From Candidatus Omnitrophota bacterium (lineage in GTDB: Bacteria > Omnitrophota > Gorgyraeia > 2-01-FULL-45-10): a stretch of 64,000 nucleotides of DNA. Under the pieces are notes generated by a model. That model was not told the DNA's origin, searched no databases, and saw nothing but the letters and a program-made list of their open reading frames with translations. The translations under genes were made by a program, and so were the position numbers. Within the stretch, counting starts at the first letter, position 1. Each line of letters starts with the position of its first letter. Of this stretch, positions 1 through 9,278 are shown piece after piece. The stretch spans positions 92,730-156,729 of the forward strand of contig CAIMPC010000007.1 in the NCBI GenBank assembly GCA_903843285.1, read 5' to 3'.

Positions 1-1
1 C

Positions 2-172
2 GATATTATCAGGTGCGATATTCTCGATAAAAAGATGGGTAGTATAATCAGCGCAGCCGGTTTTATGGAAATTAGATCCAATAACAGGTTTCTCATATAT
101 CCTATAACGGTGCCTCCGGTTAAGCGCAATTGGCATTTGACATATAGTGACTCGGATCTCGACCTATTCTGA
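2..172 (+). CDS. 3' end of a gene truncated by the window edge (possibly GNAT-like protein)
   Basis: Open frame from base 2 (DIIRCDILDKK...WHLTYSDSDLDLF) to TGA at 170-172, ending 7 nt before the next ATG. The W-x-x-T-x-x-D-S-D tail resembles GNAT-like proteins of glycan loci (weak). Confidence 0.55.
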   Translation, partial: DIIRCDILDKKMGSIISAAGFMEIRSNNRFLIYPITVPPVKRNWHLTYSDSDLDLF

Positions 173-179
173 CACAATT

Positions 180-968
180 ATGAAAAATTTAATTAAATAT
201 TTAATGCACTGTCTTCAGGACTGCATAAGCTTTATCATGTACATCTTCTTGGCCTGGATGAGTAAGAGGCGTCCGGTTACGCTGGTCTACCACTCCGTAG
301 GCAGGGTGGACCCATCGCAGGACCCGTACAGGCTGAGTATCATTCCCGAAAGATTTGAGGAGCATCTGAAGATAATCTCAAAATCCAGGGATGCAGTGAA
401 GATCTCGTTCGATGACGGATATGGGAATAATTACGATAGCGTATTTCCGTTATTGGAGAAGTATGGCCTGACAGCTACTATATTCCTGATAACCGATTTT
501 ATAGATGGTAAGATCGTATCTCAGAAATTTGGCGGAAGAGGCCTATCATTGAGGCCCCTTACCTGGGATGAGATAAAAGCTATGGATAGGGCGGGCATTA
601 TATTCGGTTCTCATACAAAATCTCATCCAAAACTATCCTCTTTATCCCGCGATGCTGTCAGGGAGGAGCTTATGGGCTCAAAAGAGCGTATCGAGGAATT
701 GCTCGGTCATAAGATATATGGCCTGGCATATCCTTCGGGCTACGGCGGCTCATTTAACCCTATGGTAACGGAGGTTGCGAAGGAGGTAGGGTATAAATTT
801 GCCTATACAAACATGATGGGAAGCAATAATTACGGCAAAGAGGAAGGTTTTGGGCTTCGAAGAGTACGAATATATAGCGAAGATGGCCCTATGAAGCTGA
901 AGATGAAGCTGAGGGGGGCCTACGACTGGGTCGATCTGCCCTTTATTCAGCGCCTATTCGTAGCTTGA
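180..968 (+). CDS. Polysaccharide deacetylase (NodB/CE4 family)
   Basis: LVYHSV, SFDDGY, GSHTKSHPKL and AYPSG motifs. ATG 180 is preferred over GTG 147 because the upstream gene ends at 172. Confidence 0.88.
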   Translation: MKNLIKYLMHCLQDCISFIMYIFLAWMSKRRPVTLVYHSVGRVDPSQDPYRLSIIPERFEEHLKIISKSRDAVKISFDDGYGNNYDSVFPLLEKYGLTATIFLITDFIDGKIVSQKFGGRGLSLRPLTWDEIKAMDRAGIIFGSHTKSHPKLSSLSRDAVREELMGSKERIEELLGHKIYGLAYPSGYGGSFNPMVTEVAKEVGYKFAYTNMMGSNNYGKEEGFGLRRVRIYSEDGPMKLKMKLRGAYDWVDLPFIQRLFVA

Positions 969-993
969 CAGGATGGACAATAATAGATAAAAT
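965..993 (+). promoter_or_regulatory. sigma70-like promoter
   Basis: TTGACA (965-970), 17-bp spacer, TAAAAT (988-993). Confidence 0.75.
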
Positions 994-1015
994 CGTTTAA
1001 AACGTTTTGAACGAT
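992..1015. promoter_or_regulatory. Palindromic operator, copy 1
   Basis: ATCGTTTAAAACGTTTTGAACGAT is a near-perfect inverted repeat overlapping the -10/+1 region. It is 21/24 identical to 23956-23979. Confidence 0.75.
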
Positions 1016-1069
1016 ATGGTCGAGCATTTACGCAATATCTAGCCAATATATGATAGAATATACACTGAT

Positions 1070-1972
1070 ATGAATAAACTAAGCTGCATAAAAGCACGGC
1101 CGGATCAAAATTACGTAGCCTATTTTCTTACGTTGGCATGTAATCTTCGCTGCCCGTATTGCATTAACATGCATAACGGTGGACCGAAAAAGGCATCTAT
1201 TGAGAGACGCCACCTGACTGCCGATGAATGGATAAAGGCCGCCGACCGCCTCGTGCTGAGGGACGACCTGCCATTGACTCTTCAGGGAGGCGAGCCGACA
1301 TTACATAAAGGCTTTTACGACATAGTGAATAAGGTCAAAGAGTCTATAAAGATGGACCTATTGACCAACATGCATTTCGATACTGACGAATTTATAAAAA
1401 ATGTGCCTGTCTGGCGGTTTACCCGGAAGGCGCCGTATGCGTCCATTAGAGCTTCCTATCATCCGGGACAGAATAACATAGATGAGCTTATTAAGAAGAC
1501 TTTTAAGCTGCAGGATGCGGGTTTCAGGGTAGGTATCTATTCGTTATCGAGCCCCGATGTAAAGACTAAGGAACATGTAGAGGCGGTGCGGGCCAGATGC
1601 CTGAAAGATGGTATAGATTTCAGATATAAAGAGTTCCTAGGAGAGTGGGATGGAAAACTGCACGGAATGTTCAAATATGATGGTTCTGTCATGGGGAGAG
1701 ATACGAGATGGTGCGAATGCAGGACCACAGAGCTCATCGTAGATCCAGCCGGCCATGTCTATAAATGCCACGCCGACCTATACAAGGGCAGGTCTCCTAT
1801 AGAGCATATATTGGATGAAGATTTTAACGGCGAATCCCTCCGGGAGTTCAGGCCTTGCGATAAATATGGTGACTGCAATCCTTGCGATGTTAAAGTTAAA
1901 ACCAACAGGTTTCAGATATTCGGGCACACAAGCGTCGAGATAAGAAATATTAAGAGGCATGATGGCGGATAA
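1070..1972 (+). CDS. Radical SAM protein with C-terminal Cys-rich (SPASM/twitch-like) region
   Basis: CNLRCPYC, GGEP, C-terminal CECRT...VDPAGHVYKC...CDKYGDCNPCD. Confidence 0.85.
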   Translation: MNKLSCIKARPDQNYVAYFLTLACNLRCPYCINMHNGGPKKASIERRHLTADEWIKAADRLVLRDDLPLTLQGGEPTLHKGFYDIVNKVKESIKMDLLTNMHFDTDEFIKNVPVWRFTRKAPYASIRASYHPGQNNIDELIKKTFKLQDAGFRVGIYSLSSPDVKTKEHVEAVRARCLKDGIDFRYKEFLGEWDGKLHGMFKYDGSVMGRDTRWCECRTTELIVDPAGHVYKCHADLYKGRSPIEHILDEDFNGESLREFRPCDKYGDCNPCDVKVKTNRFQIFGHTSVEIRNIKRHDGG

Positions 1973-3038
1973 ATATCTTATAGACGGCCATAAATTATTC
2001 TGGCACATGGACAAAGTGTCCGACTGGCAGAAAGGAAAGCCGGTAACACCGATCTATATAGAGATCAGTCCGGTGTCACTATGTAATCACAGATGCATAT
2101 TTTGCGGCATAGATTTTGTGCGCGATGTTGATTTTAAGCTCGATACGGAGCTTCTCCGTAAGAGGCTTAAAGAGATGGGCAAGCTCGGCGTTAAAAGTGT
2201 GATGTTTGCCGGAGAAGGCGAGCCCTTACTGCATAATGGCCTGGAGACATTCGTGAAGACGGCGAAAAATGCCGGCATGGATGTGTCGATCACTACGAAC
2301 GGCAGCCTCGGCAATTATAATATATGGAAGAAGCTCCTGCCGTATCTCACCTGGATAAGATTCAGTGTTGATGCCGGGAACGCCGAAAGTTATGCCAGAG
2401 TGCATAAGGTTGCCGGGAGCGTCTTCCACAAAACGATAAAGAGCATAGAGGATGCGGTAAAAGTTAAGAAGGACCTTCGCTTAGATGTGACGATAGGCGT
2501 CCAATTCCTGATGATAGAAGAGAATTTAAAGAGCCTGGAGGATGCCCTTAAACTATTTTCCAAGTCCAGAGTGGACTATTTCAGCTTAAAGCCTTATTCT
2601 CTCCATCCGCAAATGGTGCATAAGCGTGATATATTCTACACAAAACGGATAGCCGGAAATGTCCGTGCGCTTGTAGATAAATTCAGGAAGACATCAAAGA
2701 TGGAAATAATATTCAGGGATGATGCAATGGAAAAGTACGTTGGTAAAAAGAAGCAGTTCGGGCATTGCCGGGCCCTGCCTTTCTGGGGGTATGTATCATC
2801 AAGGGGAGATTTTTATACCTGTAGTGTGTTTATCGGAGATAAGAGATTCAGAGCCGGTAACGTCCACAAGGATAGTATGGCTAAAATATTATTAGGTAAA
2901 GATCGTGCGCGATCTATAGCCTATGCGGCCAGGAAATTGTCTGTCGGTAAAGAATGCAGGGTTAATTGCAGGATGGCGAGAGTAAACGAATTTTTGGAGT
3001 TTTTAGAGAATAGGCCTGAACATATCAATTTCGTATAG
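1959..3038 (+). CDS. Radical SAM/SPASM (twitch) protein
   Basis: CNHRCIFC, GEGEP, C-terminal CRALPF...GDFYTC...CRVNCR. Confidence 0.87.
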   Translation: MMADKYLIDGHKLFWHMDKVSDWQKGKPVTPIYIEISPVSLCNHRCIFCGIDFVRDVDFKLDTELLRKRLKEMGKLGVKSVMFAGEGEPLLHNGLETFVKTAKNAGMDVSITTNGSLGNYNIWKKLLPYLTWIRFSVDAGNAESYARVHKVAGSVFHKTIKSIEDAVKVKKDLRLDVTIGVQFLMIEENLKSLEDALKLFSKSRVDYFSLKPYSLHPQMVHKRDIFYTKRIAGNVRALVDKFRKTSKMEIIFRDDAMEKYVGKKKQFGHCRALPFWGYVSSRGDFYTCSVFIGDKRFRAGNVHKDSMAKILLGKDRARSIAYAARKLSVGKECRVNCRMARVNEFLEFLENRPEHINFV

Positions 3039-3047
3039 GAGTTAATT

Positions 3048-3995
3048 ATGTCCACAAAGATACTTATCGTGAAGCTGGGATATTCGGAGACGCTCGACTC
3101 GGAGATTACCAGGATCCCAAGTCTCGGGGATGTTTTAAGGACCACGCCGATATTGTGGGCCCTAAAGGAAAAATATCCGGATTCTAATGTCACATGGCTT
3201 GTCGATAAACAGGCTGAACCGCTCTTGCGCGGCAATCATCTTATCGACCGTATACTGATCTGGGACGAGTTTGTGCCGTTTCAGCTTATGAAGGAAAAAT
3301 TTGACATACTGATAAACCTTGAAAAGATAGCGGGCGTCTGTGCTCTATCGGATATGATAGACGCGTGGGTGAAGTATGGTTTCAGGTTCGACGGAATTAA
3401 CGGCACATACCATGCCTACGAACGCGGCCTGGATTTTATCGACTATATTGAGAAGAAAAAAGTGGGCAAGTCCAGAGACTGCTGGCAGAAGATCCTGATA
3501 AAGATGATGGGCTCCGAATGGAAAGGCCAGGAATATATAATCGGCCATAAGCCTAAGTCGAAAGAGATCCACGACGTAGGGCTGAACTATACTGTCGGCT
3601 CGAAATGGCCGCACAAAGCGATGCCTGTCGAGAAATGGCGGGAACTGGAAAAGAAGCTTGTCGCAGAGGGGTATAAGGTATCCTGGCAAGAGGGCGTCGA
3701 CGACTTATATGCGTATATGGATTGGTTGAATTCCTGCAGAATAATAGTGTCGAACGACAGCCTCGGCCTTCACATAGCGTTTGCCCTTAAAAAGAAGGTG
3801 ATAGGGTTATTTGGCCCGACCGATTCGAAAGAGATATATTTCTACGGTGACGGCAAGATCATCCGGTCAAATGTGAAATGTAAAAATATGCCGTGCTATA
3901 AACTGGAGTGCGTATCCGGTAAAAAATGCATGGAAAAGATAAACACTGACGTCATAATCGATCGTGTTAACGATTTCGGAAAAGTGAAAAGGTGA
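3048..3995 (+). CDS. Glycosyltransferase family 9 (heptosyltransferase-like)
   Basis: SLGDVLRTTP, VSNDSLGLHIAFAL, GLFGPT motifs. Confidence 0.88.
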   Translation: MSTKILIVKLGYSETLDSEITRIPSLGDVLRTTPILWALKEKYPDSNVTWLVDKQAEPLLRGNHLIDRILIWDEFVPFQLMKEKFDILINLEKIAGVCALSDMIDAWVKYGFRFDGINGTYHAYERGLDFIDYIEKKKVGKSRDCWQKILIKMMGSEWKGQEYIIGHKPKSKEIHDVGLNYTVGSKWPHKAMPVEKWRELEKKLVAEGYKVSWQEGVDDLYAYMDWLNSCRIIVSNDSLGLHIAFALKKKVIGLFGPTDSKEIYFYGDGKIIRSNVKCKNMPCYKLECVSGKKCMEKINTDVIIDRVNDFGKVKR

Positions 3996-4837
3996 GCGTG
4001 ACAAATACGGTGCTTAATGCAAAAGATATCAGAAAAAAAGCAGACCGGATAAGGGCGGAAGTTATAGATGTCGCGGTACGGAACGGTGCCGGGCACATCG
4101 CGCCTTCTCTGTCCTGCATCGATATACTCGTAGCGCTCTATTATGGCTCGATGTCCTACAGGCCGGGATATCCCGCTTGGGACGGCAGGGACAGGCTTAT
4201 ATTCTCTAAGGCACATGGCTGCTACACACTGTACGCGATATTAGCTGATATAGGTAATATGCCGAAAGAGGAGTGGAAAAAGTTTTATACCTGCGACAGC
4301 ACGCTCTCCGGCTGCGCAGAAAACAGGCCCGAGTATGGTATCGAGGCAAGCTGTGGTTCTCTGGGTCATGGATTACCCATGGCTGTCGGCAATGCGTTAG
4401 CCGCAAAATTACAGAAGAAGAAATATCACACTTTCTGTATTATCGGGGACGGAGAAATGCAGGAAGGCACCACATGGGAAGCTATTCAGTTTGCGGTTAA
4501 GCATGAGTTGAATAATTTAACCATAATAATCGACGAGAACCGTATTCAAGCCATGGATTTTATTACTAATATCATGGATATCGGGGTAAATGATAAGATA
4601 CGTAAATTAAAAGGTTTTGGCCTGTTGCCCATAGTATGCCCGGGGCATGATGTTGTCAAATTGGCAGGTGCCATCAGGCTCGCCCGCAGGCCATCCGGCA
4701 GAGTTCCCAAGGTACTTATAGCACAAACGACAAAAGGTTTCGGCCTGAAATGCATGGAGGATGTGCCTAAGTTCCATTTTCGTATTCCTACAGAAGAAGA
4801 GATATGTTTGGGAAGAAGCTATGGCTGCGGATATTAA
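3992..4837 (+). CDS. Transketolase N-terminal (ThDP-binding) subunit
   Basis: GHIAPSLS, DRLIFSKAH, GSLGHGL, GDGEMQEG motifs. Confidence 0.9.
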   Translation: MSVTNTVLNAKDIRKKADRIRAEVIDVAVRNGAGHIAPSLSCIDILVALYYGSMSYRPGYPAWDGRDRLIFSKAHGCYTLYAILADIGNMPKEEWKKFYTCDSTLSGCAENRPEYGIEASCGSLGHGLPMAVGNALAAKLQKKKYHTFCIIGDGEMQEGTTWEAIQFAVKHELNNLTIIIDENRIQAMDFITNIMDIGVNDKIRKLKGFGLLPIVCPGHDVVKLAGAIRLARRPSGRVPKVLIAQTTKGFGLKCMEDVPKFHFRIPTEEEICLGRSYGCGY

Positions 4838-5312
4838 TTTTAGAAAAGATATAGGCGATAGCCTTCTGCCTTATTTTAAAAAAGATAAACGGCTCCATCT
4901 TTTAGTATGCGATATGGGGTTCGGGGTTGTCGATCGGATCAATAAACAGTTCCCGGGAAGAGTCATTAACTGCGGTATCATGGAACAGGGAACGGTCGGG
5001 ATCGCTGCGGGTATGAGCATGAGCGGTTTAGTTCCCATAGTCTATTCGATAGTGAATTTTCTTGTTTACAGGGCGCTGGAGCAGATGCGGAACGATGTCG
5101 TACTGCAGAAATTAAATGTTAAATTTATCTCTACAGGTGCGGATGATTACTTTAAGTTTCTCGGGCCCTCGCATTGTTGCGCCCAGGATGACATTAAGCT
5201 AATGAAGCTGATCAAGATGAAGGTTTACGATCCTTATACCGATAAGAAGGGTTTTCATAAACTGGTCAAGGAATGGATAGCTGATGATAAAGCAGGTTAC
5301 TTGAGGATCTGA
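4821..5312 (+). CDS. Transketolase pyrimidine-binding subunit (short, lacks C-terminal domain)
   Basis: NCGIMEQGTVGIAAG, RALEQMRND, LGPSH. Ends at GYLRI. ATG 4821 gives 163 aa. Confidence 0.82.
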   Translation: MAADINFRKDIGDSLLPYFKKDKRLHLLVCDMGFGVVDRINKQFPGRVINCGIMEQGTVGIAAGMSMSGLVPIVYSIVNFLVYRALEQMRNDVVLQKLNVKFISTGADDYFKFLGPSHCCAQDDIKLMKLIKMKVYDPYTDKKGFHKLVKEWIADDKAGYLRI

Positions 5313-5317
5313 AACAT

Positions 5318-6103
5318 ATGGACAAAAAAATATTAGATCTTACCGTAGTGATGCCGGCACTCAACGAAGAACAGAATATTATATCCGCTATCGATTCGAC
5401 TTTAAAGGCCTTCGAAAGTCTGCATATTAATGGCGAGATCATCATTGTCAATGACGGCAGTTCCGATAAGACGGAAGAGTTAGCCTCCGGCATGATGCAA
5501 GGCGAGAACCGCGTCAGGATGGTAAGGCACGAGATCCCAAGGGGAATTGGCGCGTCATTCTGGGACGGTGTAAAAATTTCCGACGGAGACGCTGTTGTGT
5601 TGATACCGGGAGACAACGAGGTCGATTCCGAGGAGGCCTTGCGCTACTTTCCGCTTATGCAGCATGTAGATATCGTGATACCGTTTGTTTATAACAGGGA
5701 GGTCAGAAACCCGTTTCGTAATTTTCTATCAAGCGTATTCATATTCATTATTAACGTAACTTTCCGCGTTAACCTGAATTATACCAACGGTACGGTTATT
5801 TATCGAAAGTCCGTGCTATCTAAATTATCCCATTACAGTAATGGCTTTTTTTATCAGGCGGAGAGCCTTATAAAATTGATCAAAAAAGGATACCTTTTCG
5901 CCGAAGTACCGTATTATTTGCAGAGAAGAAAATTCGGGTCATCAACAGCGGTTAATTACCCATCACTCTATCGCGTCGCCAAGGGCTATTTTAATCTTAT
6001 CAAAGCTATCTATCTATCGGCAGATTACGCTAATGATAAAAGTCAATTTAATGAAGGATCAATATCCTCGAAACGCTATAAAGCATACGAAGATAAACAA
6101 TAA
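5318..6103 (+). CDS. GT2 glycosyltransferase (polyprenol-phosphate glycosyltransferase/DPM1-like)
   Basis: VVMPALNEE, VNDGSSD, RGIGAS, EVPY...RKFGSS. Confidence 0.87.
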   Translation: MDKKILDLTVVMPALNEEQNIISAIDSTLKAFESLHINGEIIIVNDGSSDKTEELASGMMQGENRVRMVRHEIPRGIGASFWDGVKISDGDAVVLIPGDNEVDSEEALRYFPLMQHVDIVIPFVYNREVRNPFRNFLSSVFIFIINVTFRVNLNYTNGTVIYRKSVLSKLSHYSNGFFYQAESLIKLIKKGYLFAEVPYYLQRRKFGSSTAVNYPSLYRVAKGYFNLIKAIYLSADYANDKSQFNEGSISSKRYKAYEDKQ

Positions 6104-6118
6104 GGGATCTTAAGTATA

Positions 6119-6637
6119 ATGAACGTATTGCTATATAGCATCCTGTTAGTCGTATTCGCATCCGTATTACATCTCGCCATATGGAAGATACGAATACCGA
6201 AAAGACAGACAAACGCATTGTTCGGGATATTTGTATTCACTCTTTCGCTAGGGACCTTCATTCTGTTCAGGTTTTCCGGATCCATAAGCTGGAATATCCT
6301 TCCTGCAGGCAATCTCTTTGAGATCGCGCAGTTTGTCCTGTTCTTTACTTCGATCGCAGTCGGCTACATACTCTCATATCCGGCTGTCGAAGTCGATAGC
6401 CCGACGCTCATAATAATAAAGGCCGTTTCGGATGCAGGTCGTAATGGAATAGAAAAGGACAGGCTGAAGGAGTTAGTGAATAATGACCTGCTGATTATTC
6501 CCCGCGTTAAAGATATGTTATCCGATAAGATGGTATATCTAATCGACGGGAAATATAAGCTGACCGGAAAAGGCCTTATAATGGCCCGGGTCTTTTCGAT
6601 CTACAGGGACTTTATGCGGCTCGGAAAGGGCGGGTGA
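6119..6637 (+). CDS. Small membrane protein, about 3 TM helices plus C-terminal winged-helix-like tail
   Basis: Three hydrophobic segments followed by PRVKDML...DGKYKLTGKG. Confidence 0.7.
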   Translation: MNVLLYSILLVVFASVLHLAIWKIRIPKRQTNALFGIFVFTLSLGTFILFRFSGSISWNILPAGNLFEIAQFVLFFTSIAVGYILSYPAVEVDSPTLIIIKAVSDAGRNGIEKDRLKELVNNDLLIIPRVKDMLSDKMVYLIDGKYKLTGKGLIMARVFSIYRDFMRLGKGG

Positions 6638-6643
6638 CCTGAA

Positions 6644-7195
6644 GTGAAGAGTGCGGCGATATTGATATTTGTATTAACACCGTTGATCGGGCTAAAGATA
6701 GACGCGCTGGTCCAGATCTTCAGCTGCCGCTCTAATCCCGGGGTTGGATTACTGAGATCTATCTATCTGGGTTTTTTTGCGGGTCTCTGCGGCCTTGCTA
6801 TGATCGATATCGCGTATTTGGTCTTCGCTCCGCAACTATTTAGGGATCTCACTCTTTCCAGTATCTCAAACATGATCATTTACTTTGCGCTCGGCTACGC
6901 CTATTTTCATTTTGTCGGCCTGGGTGAGACCGCGCGCAGGATCAGGATGCTGATAGAGATATATGGTTCTAAGAACAGCCTATCCCTGGAGGAGATATTA
7001 CAGCGCTATAATGCCACCGAGATAGTGAAGAAGAGGGTGGGGCGTCTCGTTGCCAATGGGCAGCTGATATGCAGAGATGGGAGATATTTTATCGGTAAGC
7101 CCGTCGTATTGTTCATTGCGCGCAGCGTTATATTGATCAAATATATATTTCTCGGCAAAGGAAGCGAATTCGATAAGGGACCGATTAATGGCTAA
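6644..7195 (+). CDS. Small membrane protein, about 3 TM helices plus C-terminal winged-helix-like tail (paralog of previous)
   Basis: Three hydrophobic segments followed by LSLEEIL...KRVGRLVANGQLICRDGRYFIGK. Confidence 0.7.
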   Translation: MKSAAILIFVLTPLIGLKIDALVQIFSCRSNPGVGLLRSIYLGFFAGLCGLAMIDIAYLVFAPQLFRDLTLSSISNMIIYFALGYAYFHFVGLGETARRIRMLIEIYGSKNSLSLEEILQRYNATEIVKKRVGRLVANGQLICRDGRYFIGKPVVLFIARSVILIKYIFLGKGSEFDKGPING

Positions 7196-8615
7196 GGTGC
7201 TATTTTTACAGGACCTGGAGTATGAATTTTTAGGGCCGATGTACATTTCCTCGATCCTGAAGGAACACTCTCACAAAGTTATTATGCGCATAGGCGGACG
7301 TATCGATGATTTCAGGTCGACGATAGCCGACTTTAATCCGGACTTCGTGGCGTTCTCGATCATGAGCGGCAGCCATCACTGGGCTCTTGATATGGCGCGA
7401 CAGGTTAAAAAAGAGTATGGTATAGCCAATATCTTCGGCGGACCGCACCCTACCTACTTTCCCGAGTTCATAGAAGAGAAAGACGTCGATATCATAGTCA
7501 GGGGCGAGGGCGAGGAGGCCTGCCTCGAGCTGATGGACCGCTTTGACAGGAAAGAAGATTTCCTGGATGTGAAGAATATATGGGTTTCGCGAAGCGGCCA
7601 GATACATAAAAACGAGGTAAGGGCTCTTTGCGAAGACCTGGATAAGTACCCCTTTCCCGATCGTGAGCTTTACTCCGACCTGAAGGGCAAGGTAGACCTG
7701 AGCGTCCGTAATGTAATAGCTTCGAGGGGCTGCCCCTGGCACTGCACTTTCTGTTTTAACGATACGATGCAGGCTCTCTATAAAGACAAAGGGAAGTATG
7801 TCCGGATCCGGAGCGTCGATAAGGTGACCGAAGAGGCGAGGCTCCTGCGCGATGTCACAGATACGAAGACGATATACTTCGTGGACGATGTATTTGGCCT
7901 GGACAGCGAGTGGATGTTCGAATTTCTGCCCAAATTTAAAGAGAAGGTCGCCCTTCCTTTCATATGCCTGGTCAGGGCCGATGTTGTATGCAGGAACGAG
8001 AAATATGCGGAGTATCTGGCCGACTATGGATGCATGTCGGCCTGTTTCGGAATAGAGTCAGGCGATGAGAATATGCGCAATACCATCCTTAATAAAAATG
8101 TTTCCGACAAGTCACTTTATGAGGCCGCTGACCGGCTGCATAAGGCGGGCGTAAAGTTCAGAACGTTCAATATCATGGGACTACCAGGCGAAACCCTGGA
8201 GGACGCGTTCCAAACGCTTCAGATGAATATCGATATGAAGACCGACTATCCATGGTGCTCGATGTTCATGCCTTTTCCTGGCACAAAGCTTACCGAATAC
8301 GCGAAGGAGAAAGGGTATCTGCCGAAAGATTATACGATCGCCGATCTTTCGAAGAGTTTCTACTCTAAGTCCAGCCTGAGTAATCATCCGCAGATCAGAC
8401 AGATCCAGAACCTGCAGAATTTCTTCCAGACGGTAGTTCTTTGGCCATGGACGCTCGGTCTAGTCAGACAGCTGATAAAACTTCCTCAAAATATGATATT
8501 TACTATGTGGTTCGGGTTTGTATATTTTGTCGTTTATGTAAGATCTGAAAATAGAAGTTTTTGGCGGACGCTGTATTTTACCTTAAGAAATTATAAGCGT
8601 CTTATTAAAAGATGA
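7188..8615 (+). CDS. Cobalamin-binding radical SAM protein (1 of 8)
   Basis: GGPHPT, VRGEGE, SRGCPWHCTFC, GIESG, GLPGET. Confidence 0.92.
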   Translation: MAKVLFLQDLEYEFLGPMYISSILKEHSHKVIMRIGGRIDDFRSTIADFNPDFVAFSIMSGSHHWALDMARQVKKEYGIANIFGGPHPTYFPEFIEEKDVDIIVRGEGEEACLELMDRFDRKEDFLDVKNIWVSRSGQIHKNEVRALCEDLDKYPFPDRELYSDLKGKVDLSVRNVIASRGCPWHCTFCFNDTMQALYKDKGKYVRIRSVDKVTEEARLLRDVTDTKTIYFVDDVFGLDSEWMFEFLPKFKEKVALPFICLVRADVVCRNEKYAEYLADYGCMSACFGIESGDENMRNTILNKNVSDKSLYEAADRLHKAGVKFRTFNIMGLPGETLEDAFQTLQMNIDMKTDYPWCSMFMPFPGTKLTEYAKEKGYLPKDYTIADLSKSFYSKSSLSNHPQIRQIQNLQNFFQTVVLWPWTLGLVRQLIKLPQNMIFTMWFGFVYFVVYVRSENRSFWRTLYFTLRNYKRLIKR

Positions 8616-8636
8616 GAATAGAATAATCCGTGGCCT

Positions 8637-9248
8637 ATGAAAAATACAAATCTGCTTAATAATCCTATAATTTGGGAATCGTACAGAATTTTAGCTAATT
8701 GCGCGTTCGGAGTTTGCCGCAAACGTTTTAAATTCCTGCTCGATCATGGTTTACTGAACAGTGATTTATCCATCATTGATATAGGATGCGGAATCGGCTG
8801 CTATTCCTCCGTAACCCGCGGGAAATACTTTGGTGTGGACCTAGAAGGCAGATACATTGATTATGCGAGGAAGCGGAATTGCTTTCCGAACTGCTCGTTT
8901 CAATCTGCGGATGCTGCATCGATATCGCCTGAGGGGCAGGGGTTCGATATAGCGTTAATGGTTGATTTTCTGCATCATATACCTGATGATCAATGTTTAA
9001 ATATCCTGAATAATGTGAAGCGCATAGCCAGGCGCCATATCATCATTTTCGATCCCGTGGCAATAGATACGAGAGGCCTCTTAGGGCGATTCCTGGCAAT
9101 GGGGGAAAGAGGCGAATATGTAAGGTCCGTTGACAGATTATACGGACTGCTGGAACAATGTAAATTAAAAATAACACATAGCGTTCACCTGTCTTTTGGG
9201 CCTGTCGATTCTGTGGCTATTATAATCGATCTGCCGCAGAGCCCATAG
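8637..9248 (+). CDS. Class I SAM-dependent methyltransferase
   Basis: IIDIGCGIG, GVD, FLHHIPD. Confidence 0.85.
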   Translation: MKNTNLLNNPIIWESYRILANCAFGVCRKRFKFLLDHGLLNSDLSIIDIGCGIGCYSSVTRGKYFGVDLEGRYIDYARKRNCFPNCSFQSADAASISPEGQGFDIALMVDFLHHIPDDQCLNILNNVKRIARRHIIIFDPVAIDTRGLLGRFLAMGERGEYVRSVDRLYGLLEQCKLKITHSVHLSFGPVDSVAIIIDLPQSP

Positions 9249-9278
9249 GGTGTGATGAGCTAAAAGGAATGAGTCAGC

